From Planctomycetota bacterium (GTDB taxonomy: Bacteria > Planctomycetota > SZUA-567 > H5-PLA8): 53,536 nucleotides of DNA. Position numbers and translations under genes: made by a program. A model generated the notes under the pieces. That model did no database searches. It saw only the letters and a list, made by a program, of their open reading frames with translations, and was not told the DNA's origin. The DNA is taken from positions 1 through 53,536 of the forward strand of contig BTVV01000036.1 in NCBI GenBank assembly GCA_045863855.1, read 5' to 3'. This document shows, piece by piece, positions 19,111 through 28,759 of this stretch (positions within the stretch are counted from its first letter, which is position 1; every line of letters begins with the position of its first letter).

Positions 19111-19996
19111 CAGAGCGCTCCTGCATTACGCGCGCCTTCAGGAAAGCGCCAGGCCGCTCCCAGCCTTCGCGAGCCGCGTCGCGGTCCAACGGCAGGTATC
19201 CGGTAATCCAGTTGGGGTAAAGCCCGCCTCCAGTATGCGGCACGAGAAAGCGCTCCCAATAGCGCTTGATCGGTAAGGCCTCGCGCCGCCCGGCCAGATC
19301 GACGATCGCTTCGTTGCGCGTCAGGTCCAATACACGCGCCTCGACCTCCACGCCGTTCAGCTTCACCGGCAGCGTCGTCGGAGGCGTCATGTAGGCGCCG
19401 CGGCGAATTCCGAAATGAAGGTGCGGCACGTACCAGCCGTTGTCCGCGCTGGGTCCGGCGCCGATGACCCCTAGCACGTCCCCGGTGGCGATATCCTGCC
19501 CCACCTTCACCCGCGGCGTCCGATCGAGATGCCCGTACAGACTGCAATATATCTGCTCCGGCTGTCCGCGAGCGCCCGCGACCTGGTGTTCGACGATTAC
19601 CAACCCGCCCCAGCCCCACTTTCTGACCGCACTGGGCGGCGGCGGTTCGTCCACGCCCGCAGGATCCACCTCCGCGGGACGCACCGAAGCCGGCAGTTCG
19701 ACCAGCAAGGTCGGAACATGCGCGGCAAACCGGACGCGCCCGGCGGCTACCGCTTTCACTTCGCGCCCCGCGCCCAGATACGCCCAATCCACGCCCACAT
19801 GGCGAACGGGTTCGGCGCTGAACTTGTTCCGCTCGGGGAGTTCCGCATTGAAATTATCGTCCGCAGCGTCCGACTCGGCCAAAGGCCAGCCCCATTGACG
19901 CACGGGCGGCAACGGCGCTTCGGCGGCTTGCAGCGAAGCTTGCAGCAGCGCGGCCAGGCACGCATTGATCCAGAGGCTGCTAGCGACAGGTGGCAT
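19076..19996 (-). CDS. Secreted M23-family metallopeptidase
   Basis: Signal peptide; HVGVD (HxxxD), SLYGHL, HLHF (HxH). Confidence 0.85.
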   Translation of the reverse strand: MPPVASSLWINACLAALLQASLQAAEAPLPPVRQWGWPLAESDAADDNFNAELPERNKFSAEPVRHVGVDWAYLGAGREVKAVAAGRVRFAAHVPTLLVELPASVRPAEVDPAGVDEPPPPSAVRKWGWGGLVIVEHQVAGARGQPEQIYCSLYGHLDRTPRVKVGQDIATGDVLGVIGAGPSADNGWYVPHLHFGIRRGAYMTPPTTLPVKLNGVEVEARVLDLTRNEAIVDLAGRREALPIKRYWERFLVPHTGGGLYPNWITGYLPLDRDAAREGWERPGAFLKARVMQERSETTNPPAPPGR

Positions 19997-20064
19997 ACGG
20001 CTTAAGACGCTAGAAGCGTTGGAACCGGGACCGTTTTTGCATCCCTTGAGGCGTGCCGCGGAAA

Positions 20065-21234
20065 TTAATCTTTAAACTTGAAGCTTCCGCGGGCCTTCAG
20101 CCACCACTCTTTCCAATTCTTGTAGTCGAGTTCGCCGGCGTCGAATCCCGTGCCGGTCACTTCTTTCACGGCCGAGAGCGCCGGATACAGGATGGTCATG
20201 TCCCGCGTCGGCAAGCTGGGCGCCTGGGTGGGCATGCCCAACGGATCGTCGCTGCCGAGGCCTTTGGGACCTTCGCGCAGTTTGTTCTGCGAATCGTTGG
20301 CGTTTCCGGCCGCCAGTTCGAACGACAACGCGCCGAGCAGCCGGTCAACGGCTTCCTTGTCGCCGTAGCGCCGCAGGGCCGCGCAGGCCAGCCGGCGCGT
20401 GACCCACGGAAGTTTGCCGTCCAGCGCAACATCGGTGAGCTTGCGCAGCGCGACGGGTTCTTCAAGTTTCGCGAGCGCCCTCGCGGCGGCCAGGCGCACG
20501 CGGTCTTCTTCCTGGAATTCGAGCGCCGCCTCCAGCAGCGTGCCCATCGCCCGGCGATCGCCGGACCAGCCCAGCACTTCGGCGGCGCGCGCGCGTATAG
20601 CCGGATCGTCGACGTTCGCGCTCTCACGCTTGCCCGGCAGGCGCACGATCCGTTCGAAGACCTTCGGCTCTTCGCGCGCCTGCGCGATCAGCTCGGCCGC
20701 GGCCGGATCGTCTGCGCCGTAGTCGGCGTCGAGCTTCCCAATGCGCTGGATCGTGCGTTTAAGTGCGTCGCGGTCTTCCGGCTGCGGCGGCGCCCCGGTG
20801 GATCCGATGATCAATCCCTGCTCTTGCGGCGGCTGCCAGCGCCCGTCGCGCTGGACGTAGCCCAGCGCCTTTCCCGCACCTTCGTGAAACGGATCGGCCA
20901 GCAAGGCCAGCCGAAACTGGGCCGTGGCTTCCTCGGCGAGCTTGTTTTCCTTTGCCCACAGCGCCAGATCGTAGTGCCCCGCCGCGTCATCGGCTTTCAG
21001 GGCTTTAGCGCGCGCGTAATACTTGTTCTTCTCTTCTTCCTTGCGCATGCCGACTAAATCGGCCTTGAGCACCCGAACGACTTCGCCCGACCAGGTCGTG
21101 ATCTCCCAAGCGTCGCCGCGATCCACGGCGGTGCCTTCGAGTTTGCGGCCGTCCTTCAGGAAAAAGATATCCGCGGCGGCCGGTCCGGCCGCGCCGAGAA
21201 GGACCCACAGCATCAGAACCGCTCGCCCACGCAT
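20065..21234 (-). CDS. Secreted HEAT-repeat protein
   Basis: Signal peptide; DIFFLKDGRKLEG; HEAT-like IRARAAEVLG, VRLAAARALAKL; WKEWW. Confidence 0.8.
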   Translation of the reverse strand: MRGRAVLMLWVLLGAAGPAAADIFFLKDGRKLEGTAVDRGDAWEITTWSGEVVRVLKADLVGMRKEEEKNKYYARAKALKADDAAGHYDLALWAKENKLAEEATAQFRLALLADPFHEGAGKALGYVQRDGRWQPPQEQGLIIGSTGAPPQPEDRDALKRTIQRIGKLDADYGADDPAAAELIAQAREEPKVFERIVRLPGKRESANVDDPAIRARAAEVLGWSGDRRAMGTLLEAALEFQEEDRVRLAAARALAKLEEPVALRKLTDVALDGKLPWVTRRLACAALRRYGDKEAVDRLLGALSFELAAGNANDSQNKLREGPKGLGSDDPLGMPTQAPSLPTRDMTILYPALSAVKEVTGTGFDAGELDYKNWKEWWLKARGSFKFKD

Positions 21235-21482
21235 GGAGGTTTCCCATCGGCCCGCGTTCGTTCGCTGCTCATTGGACGTTTCGCGTCCGCGCCCGTCAGG
21301 CGCAATTCTCGCACTTCCCTGATACGGCGCAACCGCTTGATGTGTCTTAGGTTACAGCCTTCATGAGCGATTCACGGCGGCTTCCGCGCAGCGCACTGGC
21401 CATAGTTTTATGTTTGGCGTATGGGCGGCCACCTTCGATACTCCACTCGGCGCAGGAACCCTTCAGGAGCAAGCCCCTCAAT

Positions 21483-22265
21483 ATGATGCGCAGCGTAGGG
21501 GCCGGCTGCGGGCTTTTCGTGCTCGTAGCGCTGGCCTGGACCTTCTACGACCCGCTGGCTTCGCTGAACGACGTGGCGCGGCTGGGCGCGGCGGACGCCG
21601 ACGCGGAAGCGCTGGAGCGGACGCTCGAGGCCCGCGGACGCGGCGCCTTATGGGCGCTGCGCGAGGGTATGAGCGCGCCGAATCCCGCCGTCCGACTGCG
21701 GTGCGCGGGGCTGCTGGCCAGACTCAACGCGCCCGAAGCGGCCCATGCCGAGCGGCTGCTGCTAGAAACTCTGGCGCGGGGCGAACGCGATCCGCAGGGC
21801 GCTTTGGCCGAACGACTCTTGCTGGACGTTTGGGACCGCCGCGGCGCGCCCGATGACGATGCCCGCCTGCGTGAATTGCGACGCGGCGCGCAGACCGATA
21901 CGCCGGATGCCGAAACCCGCCGCGAACTGGATTTGCTCATCGGCGTGCATCCTTTCTGGCTAGGCGGATACACGGCCCGTTCGCGCTACCACTTCACTCG
22001 TGGCGCTTGGCTGCTCGCAGCGCAGGATGCCCTGCAAGCGCTGGTGCTGGAGCCCAATCACTTCGAAGCGCTGGCGACAAGAGGGCGCTGCCTGCTCCGC
22101 CTGGGCTACCCCGAACAGGCGCTGCAATGTCTGGAGCAAGCGACGCGCGTCCATCCGCGGCTGATGAGCGAACTGGAAGCGGACCTGGAGCGTTCGCGCA
22201 AGGAGGCCGCCGTCGAACGCGAAGAGCGGCTGCGCCAGCGCCGCATGGAACGTCCGTTGAGCTAG
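21483..22265 (+). CDS. HEAT/TPR-repeat membrane-anchored protein
   Basis: N-terminal TM; VRLRCAGLL; TPR LEPNHFEALATRGRCL. Start uncertain. Confidence 0.7.
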   Translation: MMRSVGAGCGLFVLVALAWTFYDPLASLNDVARLGAADADAEALERTLEARGRGALWALREGMSAPNPAVRLRCAGLLARLNAPEAAHAERLLLETLARGERDPQGALAERLLLDVWDRRGAPDDDARLRELRRGAQTDTPDAETRRELDLLIGVHPFWLGGYTARSRYHFTRGAWLLAAQDALQALVLEPNHFEALATRGRCLLRLGYPEQALQCLEQATRVHPRLMSELEADLERSRKEAAVEREERLRQRRMERPLS

Positions 22266-22422
22266 CGCCTTTATGGAAAACGGAGTCGCCCCGGTCAAGC
22301 GGGACAAAGAAGGCGAAAAAGGCGGATCGGGACGAACATTCGGCGACTGAGCCGGATGAAGTCCCGCGATGCGCCGCCGCAAGCAGACGACCGGCGATGG
22401 TCTTGTGAGTGGCTCTAAGCGC

Positions 22423-25400
22423 CTATTTCTTCACGAGCACCTTTTCGTCGTTCAACGCATCCACCTTGCGGCAGAAAGCCGCGAAGGCGGCATACTCTTC
22501 TTTCTTGATGCGGTACGTATCGAGGCGGAAATCGATCTTCAGGGTCAGGCGCTGCCCTTCCTGGCGCACCTCGCGGACGAAGCGGCCGAACGACTCTTTG
22601 AGTTCCACGCTTTCGGGCAAAGCCACCACTTTGTAGCCCTCGTCTAACTGGTACACCGTTTCGACCTGCCGGCTGCGGGCGAACCAAAGCATCAGATCGT
22701 GGGTGCGTTCGGCGCCGCTGACGTACAGGCGCGAAAGATCCATGCTTTCCGGGGCGGAAGGCAGGCTGTAACGGTCGCCGCTGGGCGTGGCCAGACGTGG
22801 AACGCGCAACTCGGTCTCGAACCACATCGGCCCCTGTTCGCCGGGCTGCGCTTGCGTGAGGCGCGATAGTTCGGCTCCAGGGAACTGCTGAGCGATCTGT
22901 TCCTTGATGAAGCGCTCGAACTGCCCCGGGGTGCCCGCGCGCTGGCGCCAGTACGGCGCATACTCGCCGGTCGCGACGGTACGCACGAACACTTGCGCGG
23001 CGCCTTGCGCATTCAGCGTGGCGGTCACGCGCGTTTCGTGGCGGTTGTCCGCGGCGGCGGTGCGCGGAATCTGGACAAACTGGCCGCCTTCGGGGCCGAC
23101 CACCAGGACCTGCGCGCCTTGATCCATGGCCGGAACTTCGCCCAGCTGGTGGTAGTCGGTCGTGCCGTCGATCCAGTACTCCTTCCCATCCACATCGGGA
23201 ATGTAGGCGATGCAGTGGTTGAATAGATTGGGCGCGGGCAGCGAGTGCTCGTCCACGGCGCCGGCGTCCACGGTGCGAATCAGCACGACGCGCGCGTCGA
23301 TCCCGGCGGCCTTGCACATTGTGGCGATCAGAAGCGAGGTATCCTTACAGTCGCCGTACAGCGCGCGGAAGGTTTCGGTGCTGCGGTGCGGCTTATAGCC
23401 GTTGCGCCCGAACTCGATGCCCAAGTAGCGAATCTTTTCGATCGCCCAGTCGTGAATCGCGCGCAGCTTTTCGGTCGGCGTCTCCAAGTTCGCGGTCAGC
23501 TCTTTGACTTGCGCCTCGATCGCTTCGTCAACGACCATCTGTTCCTTGGCCAGATTCCAATACCACGTGCCGACTTCCTGCCAAGTCCGCATGGTGGTGG
23601 TTTGGACGAACGGAAGCTGGTCCAGAGCCGGAGGCATGCGGCGCTCTTGAACGATGCCTGGCAGATTTTCGGCCTGCCAGCGCAGCACCTCGCGTTCGGG
23701 GTCGTTGGACTCGACGCGTTCCGGCGCGGCCCCGTGCCGGAAGGTCTGGTGCCGAAACTCGCGGGACTTGGGCAGGCTGAGGACATACTGGCTCTTCTGC
23801 ACCGGCGAATCGTCGCCCAGGTAATACGCGTCGGCGAAATAATCGCCATAGATGTTCTCGCCGCTGTCGCGCACAACGTATTGCAGATCTATCAGGGCGC
23901 CGACTTCGATATCGCGAAAGACGATTTCCTTAAGGTGGTATTCGTCGTAGATGCGCGTCTGAACGCCCATCGCGGCGCTGACCGAACGGTCGCCGACATC
24001 GGCCCGCGCCAGTTCCCGCCCGTCGGGCATGATCACCGCCGCGCGCAGCACATCCACGACCTGCCGCTGCGGGTCGTAGAACACGGTGTGGCGCTGGAGG
24101 TCGCCCTTGCCGCCCGCACGCAACAGCTTGGAGATCTGGTGGACCATCCGGCTGGAGGTTCCATTGGGATTGACGTGAACGACCTCCTGCTTGAGCAGGT
24201 GCACGGCATTATCGCGCGGGTAATCGTCCGCCGCGGGCACGGGTAGATCCTTAAGCGCAATCTCGTACGGCGCGAAGAAGCCGCGGTCGAGTCCGCGCCC
24301 GGTATTGATCTCCGCCAGTGCGTCTTTAATACCCGGCGCGTTGGGCTTGATGCGCAGCGCCTCCTGCCACAGCGCCGCGGCCTCGTCCGGCTTCCCGCCA
24401 CGCAGGCGCAATCCGGCCAACGCCGAAAGCAATTCCGTATTCTCCGGCGCGATCCGGCGTGCCTGTTCGAGGTACTGCGCGGCCTTATCCGGTTGCCCCG
24501 CACGGCGCCACGCTTCCGCAATGTCCAGGTGCTCTTCGATGGCGAACGGCAGCAGCATTAAACTCCGCTCGCGGAAAGCCGCGGCCTCGGCCTCGCGGTC
24601 GAGTTCCATCAGTTCCTCGGCCCAAAGCTGCCGCAACCCGGGGTCGCCGCCCGCGAATTCGAGCCCTTGCTCGAAGGCCTTGCGCCGCGCGGCATGACCC
24701 GCCGCGGTGGAACCCAGAATTTGCCAGCCCTCGGGATCGAAGGGCGACTGCTTGACGTACTGAGCGGCCCAGCCGTTCGCTTCGGGCTGCAAATCGCGCG
24801 CGCGCAATATTTCCGCCAGCACCTTGGCCGCTCCGCCTGCGCGTTCGGTGCCAAACTTGGAAAGCACCTCGCGTGCGTGCGGTTCGGCTTCCAATTCCAG
24901 ACCCGCGGCGTGGTGCAGCAGCGCCAAGCGTTCCTGCGCCGCGGGCGCTTCGGGATGTTCCTTCAAGCACGCTTCGGCAGATTGGCGCGCTTGGTTCGGA
25001 TCGCCCGGATAGCCGGCCAGGAGCAATTGGAATACCGCGCAGCGGGGAGCCAGCTTCAGGGCCTTTGCGTAGGCCTGCGCGGGATGGTGGTCCTCCTTGT
25101 TTCCAAAACGATGCAAATACGCATGGTAGCCGAACCAAGCCTGCAGCCAGGCGGAATCGGGCTCGGCCTTCAAGGCCGTCTCCAGGCGCGGAAGCAAGCC
25201 CAGCTCGGGATTCTCCGGTTCCAAGAGCGGGGTGGCGCGGCCGGCCGCGGTGGCTTTGTACCCCTCCAGCGCCTCGGCCGAAGGATCCACCGTCACGCCG
25301 GGCACCGGACCGCCTTCGGGCTTGGAGAGCCGCACGCTGAAGGACCACTCGGTGTCCTCCACCGCACCTGCTTTGATCAATATCTGGTTCCAGCCTGCGT

Positions 25401-26346
25401 GCAGGTAAACCGGCACGGCGCTTTTTTCGGGCGCGTAATCGTGGCGCGTCGGCACTTCGACGACCTGGCGCTGATTGACCCACACCTTGGCCGCCCCGCC
25501 GCAGCCCAGCCACAGCACCGCCCACTGCGCCTGCTCCAGCTTGAGCTGCGTGGCCGCGTAGGCGAGCGAGTGCGTGTTGGGCTCGAAGAGCGTGTCGAGT
25601 TCGACGATCCCGTCGAGTGGTTCGACGGGCGGATGGATCCAGGCCACGTTGCGGTTGCGCCCCCGCATGGGCCGTTCGAATTGAACTTCGTCTTCCGGTG
25701 CGTACTTATCCGGCATGCCCGCGCCATCGCGGTTATCGAACGGACCGCTCAGCGCCCAGCGCTTGATGAACTGGAGCGGCGCGTAGGCCTCGGCCGCTTC
25801 GGTAAACCGCCCGCGCGCCTGCAACCACGCCGCGCGCGCGTAGCGCGCATGCCCGCGCAAGTAAGGCCGCACCTTGGCATCGCCTTCCACGACCGCCGCG
25901 GCTTCCAGGAAGGCCGCATCGTCCGGCGCTTCTTGAAGCACTTCGAGCAACACATGCAGGTACAACTCAGCCCAAGGCTCCTGCCGACCGCTGGAAAAGG
26001 CTCGAGCCAGGTGCTCGACCGATTCCCGTGAGCGTCCGTTCAGGCGTTCCAGCAGACCCAATCCGAACCGCGCGGCCGCATCGTCCGGCGTCTGAGCCAG
26101 TCGCGCACGAAACGTGGCCTCGGACTCCGCGTTCTTGCCTTCCAGCAATAAGCCGAACGCTAGCAGCGTTCCCGCATCCGGCGTGGCGCCGCCCAGCGCG
26201 TGGAACCCCTGCGGCGCCGCGGCCTCGCCCGCGCCAAGTCCCGCCGCCAGCCCAAGCGCCAAAGCGACCAGAAGTCCACGAACACAGCCAAAGGACCGGC
26301 GGGAAGCAAGCGAGAGCATCGACGCGGCACTCCGTGGGCCAAGCAT
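22423..26346 (-). CDS. Large exported protein: TPR, beta-sandwich, DUF3857 and transglutaminase-like domains
   Basis: Signal peptide; TPRs; catalytic triad motifs GDCKD, FNHCI, WIDGT. Start 26346 or 26319. Confidence 0.85.
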   Translation of the reverse strand: MLGPRSAASMLSLASRRSFGCVRGLLVALALGLAAGLGAGEAAAPQGFHALGGATPDAGTLLAFGLLLEGKNAESEATFRARLAQTPDDAAARFGLGLLERLNGRSRESVEHLARAFSSGRQEPWAELYLHVLLEVLQEAPDDAAFLEAAAVVEGDAKVRPYLRGHARYARAAWLQARGRFTEAAEAYAPLQFIKRWALSGPFDNRDGAGMPDKYAPEDEVQFERPMRGRNRNVAWIHPPVEPLDGIVELDTLFEPNTHSLAYAATQLKLEQAQWAVLWLGCGGAAKVWVNQRQVVEVPTRHDYAPEKSAVPVYLHAGWNQILIKAGAVEDTEWSFSVRLSKPEGGPVPGVTVDPSAEALEGYKATAAGRATPLLEPENPELGLLPRLETALKAEPDSAWLQAWFGYHAYLHRFGNKEDHHPAQAYAKALKLAPRCAVFQLLLAGYPGDPNQARQSAEACLKEHPEAPAAQERLALLHHAAGLELEAEPHAREVLSKFGTERAGGAAKVLAEILRARDLQPEANGWAAQYVKQSPFDPEGWQILGSTAAGHAARRKAFEQGLEFAGGDPGLRQLWAEELMELDREAEAAAFRERSLMLLPFAIEEHLDIAEAWRRAGQPDKAAQYLEQARRIAPENTELLSALAGLRLRGGKPDEAAALWQEALRIKPNAPGIKDALAEINTGRGLDRGFFAPYEIALKDLPVPAADDYPRDNAVHLLKQEVVHVNPNGTSSRMVHQISKLLRAGGKGDLQRHTVFYDPQRQVVDVLRAAVIMPDGRELARADVGDRSVSAAMGVQTRIYDEYHLKEIVFRDIEVGALIDLQYVVRDSGENIYGDYFADAYYLGDDSPVQKSQYVLSLPKSREFRHQTFRHGAAPERVESNDPEREVLRWQAENLPGIVQERRMPPALDQLPFVQTTTMRTWQEVGTWYWNLAKEQMVVDEAIEAQVKELTANLETPTEKLRAIHDWAIEKIRYLGIEFGRNGYKPHRSTETFRALYGDCKDTSLLIATMCKAAGIDARVVLIRTVDAGAVDEHSLPAPNLFNHCIAYIPDVDGKEYWIDGTTDYHQLGEVPAMDQGAQVLVVGPEGGQFVQIPRTAAADNRHETRVTATLNAQGAAQVFVRTVATGEYAPYWRQRAGTPGQFERFIKEQIAQQFPGAELSRLTQAQPGEQGPMWFETELRVPRLATPSGDRYSLPSAPESMDLSRLYVSGAERTHDLMLWFARSRQVETVYQLDEGYKVVALPESVELKESFGRFVREVRQEGQRLTLKIDFRLDTYRIKKEEYAAFAAFCRKVDALNDEKVLVKK

Positions 26347-26463
26347 AGGGGATCCTACGCCGAAGGGCTGCCTTGACCAAATGACGAATAAACCGCGGAA
26401 GCCCACAAACAAAAGCGCCCCCTGCACGAGGGGGCGCCATTCGAAACAGGTACGGCTCGAGCG

Positions 26464-27060
26464 CTAGTTGCCCGCGCCGGGGGAAGCTCCGGAGGCCGCT
26501 TCGCGCGCTTCCATGGCCTTCTGCCGCGCAACCTGCTGCTCCGCCACACGCCGGTCGATGAAGTCCTTGAGCAACTTGCGGTCGGAGACCGAAGCGTTGA
26601 TGAACTTCACGCCCAGTTCGGGCTCGTTGGCCTCAACCGAGTCGGAAATACGCACGACTTGGCATTCGCCCACCAAGTTGGCCAATTCGGGAAGCTCGCG
26701 GAAGCGCATACGGATCGAGAACTGGCGCAAGGGCAAGGCATTGCGGGACAAGCGGATGTTGGTGAGCAGCGAACCGCCGACGCCGATGTTGCGCGCCACG
26801 GCCTCGCCACGATCAAAGACTTCGCCGTTATCGAGAATCACCTCAAGGGTGCACGGTGCGTTCACTTCGGTGCGTCCGTACTCGCGCTTGAACGGACGGC
26901 GGATGGTGGTGAAGTCGTACCCCATCTTCTCGGCCGTTCGGAAAACCAGATCACGCGTTGCTTCGCTGGCCGAATACTTGGGATCGCGGTTCAGAATCTT
27001 CGTGACCGTCGTCCGTGACAATCCAAGCGCATCGGCGATGGCCTGTTGACTGACCGCCAT
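26464..27060 (-). CDS. LacI-type HTH fused to a PilZ domain (candidate c-di-GMP-responsive regulator)
   Basis: QQAIADALGLSRTTVTKILN...SEATRDLVFRTAEKMGY; PilZ REYGR (RxxxR), NIGVGG, VVR, LGVKF; GGAGGGGG RBS before ATG. Confidence 0.82.
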   Translation of the reverse strand: MAVSQQAIADALGLSRTTVTKILNRDPKYSASEATRDLVFRTAEKMGYDFTTIRRPFKREYGRTEVNAPCTLEVILDNGEVFDRGEAVARNIGVGGSLLTNIRLSRNALPLRQFSIRMRFRELPELANLVGECQVVRISDSVEANEPELGVKFINASVSDRKLLKDFIDRRVAEQQVARQKAMEAREAASGASPGAGN

Positions 27061-27125
27061 GGTCGCTTCCCCCTCAACCCCACCCGTTTGCAGGAACCGG
27101 TCATGCACTCGCATAAGGCTGCCGG

Positions 27126-27146
27126 TGTGCATTTTCAGAATGCACA
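27126..27146. promoter_or_regulatory. Palindromic operator candidate
   Basis: TGTGCATT-TTCAG-AATGCACA, perfect 8-bp arms, immediately downstream of the -10. Confidence 0.7.
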
Positions 27147-27147
27147 G

Positions 27148-27175
27148 AGTGTAACCTAAAGCCATACCTTGTCAA
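27148..27175 (-). promoter_or_regulatory. Sigma70-type promoter of the LacI-PilZ gene
   Basis: TTGACA (27175-27170), 16 nt, TACACT (27153-27148) on the minus strand. Confidence 0.7.
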
Positions 27176-27333
27176 TGCGCCAAGTGCTTTCCCACGTGCA
27201 CCAATCTCCCTCAAAGGACTTAAGAATAGAATGACAAAAAATGCACCGTGCAGCTGCCTAAAAACCATACCCGGCAGTATATCGAATGCACTCATTCATT
27301 CGTAAACTTCAATCATGCCTAGCCTTATAACGA

Positions 27334-27365
27334 CACCGCCCGACGGTTAATCCCGTCGGGCGGTG
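27334..27365 (-). terminator. Hairpin, probable terminator of the LysM gene
   Basis: Perfect 13-bp stem CACCGCCCGACGG/CCGTCGGGCGGTG with 6-nt loop; weak U tract. Confidence 0.6.
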
Positions 27366-27418
27366 CGGCAAGTATAACTGCGTACGAGGCTTACTCGACT
27401 TCGACGCCACGTTCCCAA

Positions 27419-28621
27419 TTAAAGCCCAGGATTCACGGGTGCCGGCTGCACGTTTTCTTGCTTACTGCTCGAAGCCGGTGTGCGAATTCCACTCGTCGTC
27501 GCGGCATTGGATTCCGTTTCCGACGCTTTCCGGAGCACCACCGTCGACTTCTCTACTTTAGGCGTTGTCGGTTCGGTCTGCAACGCGGGCTGCGAGCTTT
27601 GCGTTTCGGTGACGCCTCGCACGCGTAGCTTCTGCCCTACGCGCAACATGCCCGGATCGCTGAGCCGGTCGCGGTTCCATTCGTAAAGATCGCGCCAGCG
27701 CCGGCCGTCATTAAAGAGCTTGCGAGAGATGCGTTCGAGGGTATCGCCGGTCTCGACCACGTACTCCGAGCCCCCTTGCGCTTCGAGCGTAGCGTCCGAG
27801 GCCGGCGCCATGGACACGGGTGCTGCGGCGGCCGGCGCAGCTTGAGCGGGTGCGCTGGCGCTACCGGCGAGTCCTGGAACCGTCAGGCTCATGCCCACCA
27901 GTATCCGCCGGGGGTCGGTAAAGAGCTGTTTGTTGGCTTCGCTGAGCAGCTTAACGCCTTCACGCATCCGGCCGGGATAATGCTTCTGCGCAATGCCGCT
28001 CAAGGTATCTCCGGCTTGAACCACATACTTCCGCTCTCCAGTCGCGGGTACCGGTTCCACCGCCGCTTCTGGCAAGGCGTAGCCTGGAACGGTCATGCGA
28101 GAGGGGTCCACCGCGACCTGGGTGGCCGGAGCAGCTTCCGGCTGCAAAACGGGCGGCCCGGACGGCAACGCAGGCGTGCCGCCGTATGGCGCGGTATTGG
28201 GAATGGCGGTGACGCGCGCTGCGCGCGGGTTCGCCGGCCCCCGACGCGTCTGCTCCCATTGCTGCACGATTCGTTCGGGCGGCTGGCTCACGGGAGGCAC
28301 GGGCGCTGCCGGCGTCGGAGCGACCAAGTACGGCGCGGCTGCCGGCCCGGTGGGCGGAGCCGCTTCCGCCGGCGGGATCTCCGGCGCTTGCGCCTGGTTC
28401 TTATTCTTCTTACCGCCGTCGTAGACGAGGCTGATGACCACAACCATCAGCAAGAACAGCGTCAGCAAACCCCATTTGAACTCGCGAAAGACCTTAGCGG
28501 CGCCACTGGCGGCAGAGGACGTCTTGTTGACCCACGATTGGCCGGCGGCCGGGGATGCGGAAGCCGATGTCGGGTTCTCTTCGTGCACGGAAGAATCCTC
28601 GAGTTCCTGGCGCTCACGCAC
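27419..28621 (-). CDS. Membrane-anchored protein with two LysM domains
   Basis: TM GLLTLFLLMVVVISLV; Pro/Ala linker; YVVQAGDTLSGIA and YVVETGDTLERIS. Confidence 0.88.
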   Translation of the reverse strand: MRERQELEDSSVHEENPTSASASPAAGQSWVNKTSSAASGAAKVFREFKWGLLTLFLLMVVVISLVYDGGKKNKNQAQAPEIPPAEAAPPTGPAAAPYLVAPTPAAPVPPVSQPPERIVQQWEQTRRGPANPRAARVTAIPNTAPYGGTPALPSGPPVLQPEAAPATQVAVDPSRMTVPGYALPEAAVEPVPATGERKYVVQAGDTLSGIAQKHYPGRMREGVKLLSEANKQLFTDPRRILVGMSLTVPGLAGSASAPAQAAPAAAAPVSMAPASDATLEAQGGSEYVVETGDTLERISRKLFNDGRRWRDLYEWNRDRLSDPGMLRVGQKLRVRGVTETQSSQPALQTEPTTPKVEKSTVVLRKASETESNAATTSGIRTPASSSKQENVQPAPVNPGL

Positions 28622-28704
28622 GGACGGCCTGCGGCCTGCCCGGCTGCGGGAGCAGAGTCTCTCTCGTTATCGTGAAAGCGCGGGCGGGGCTTAAGCGGAA
28701 ACGA

Positions 28705-28733
28705 CGCGTCCCCGGCGAAGTTCCGGGGACGCG
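28705..28733 (-). terminator. Hairpin terminator after the antiporter gene
   Basis: 11-bp stem CGCGTCCCCGG/CCGGGGACGCG followed on the minus strand by TCGTTT. Confidence 0.6.
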
Positions 28734-28759
28734 GAGATTCTCTTCGTTCAACGCCTGAA

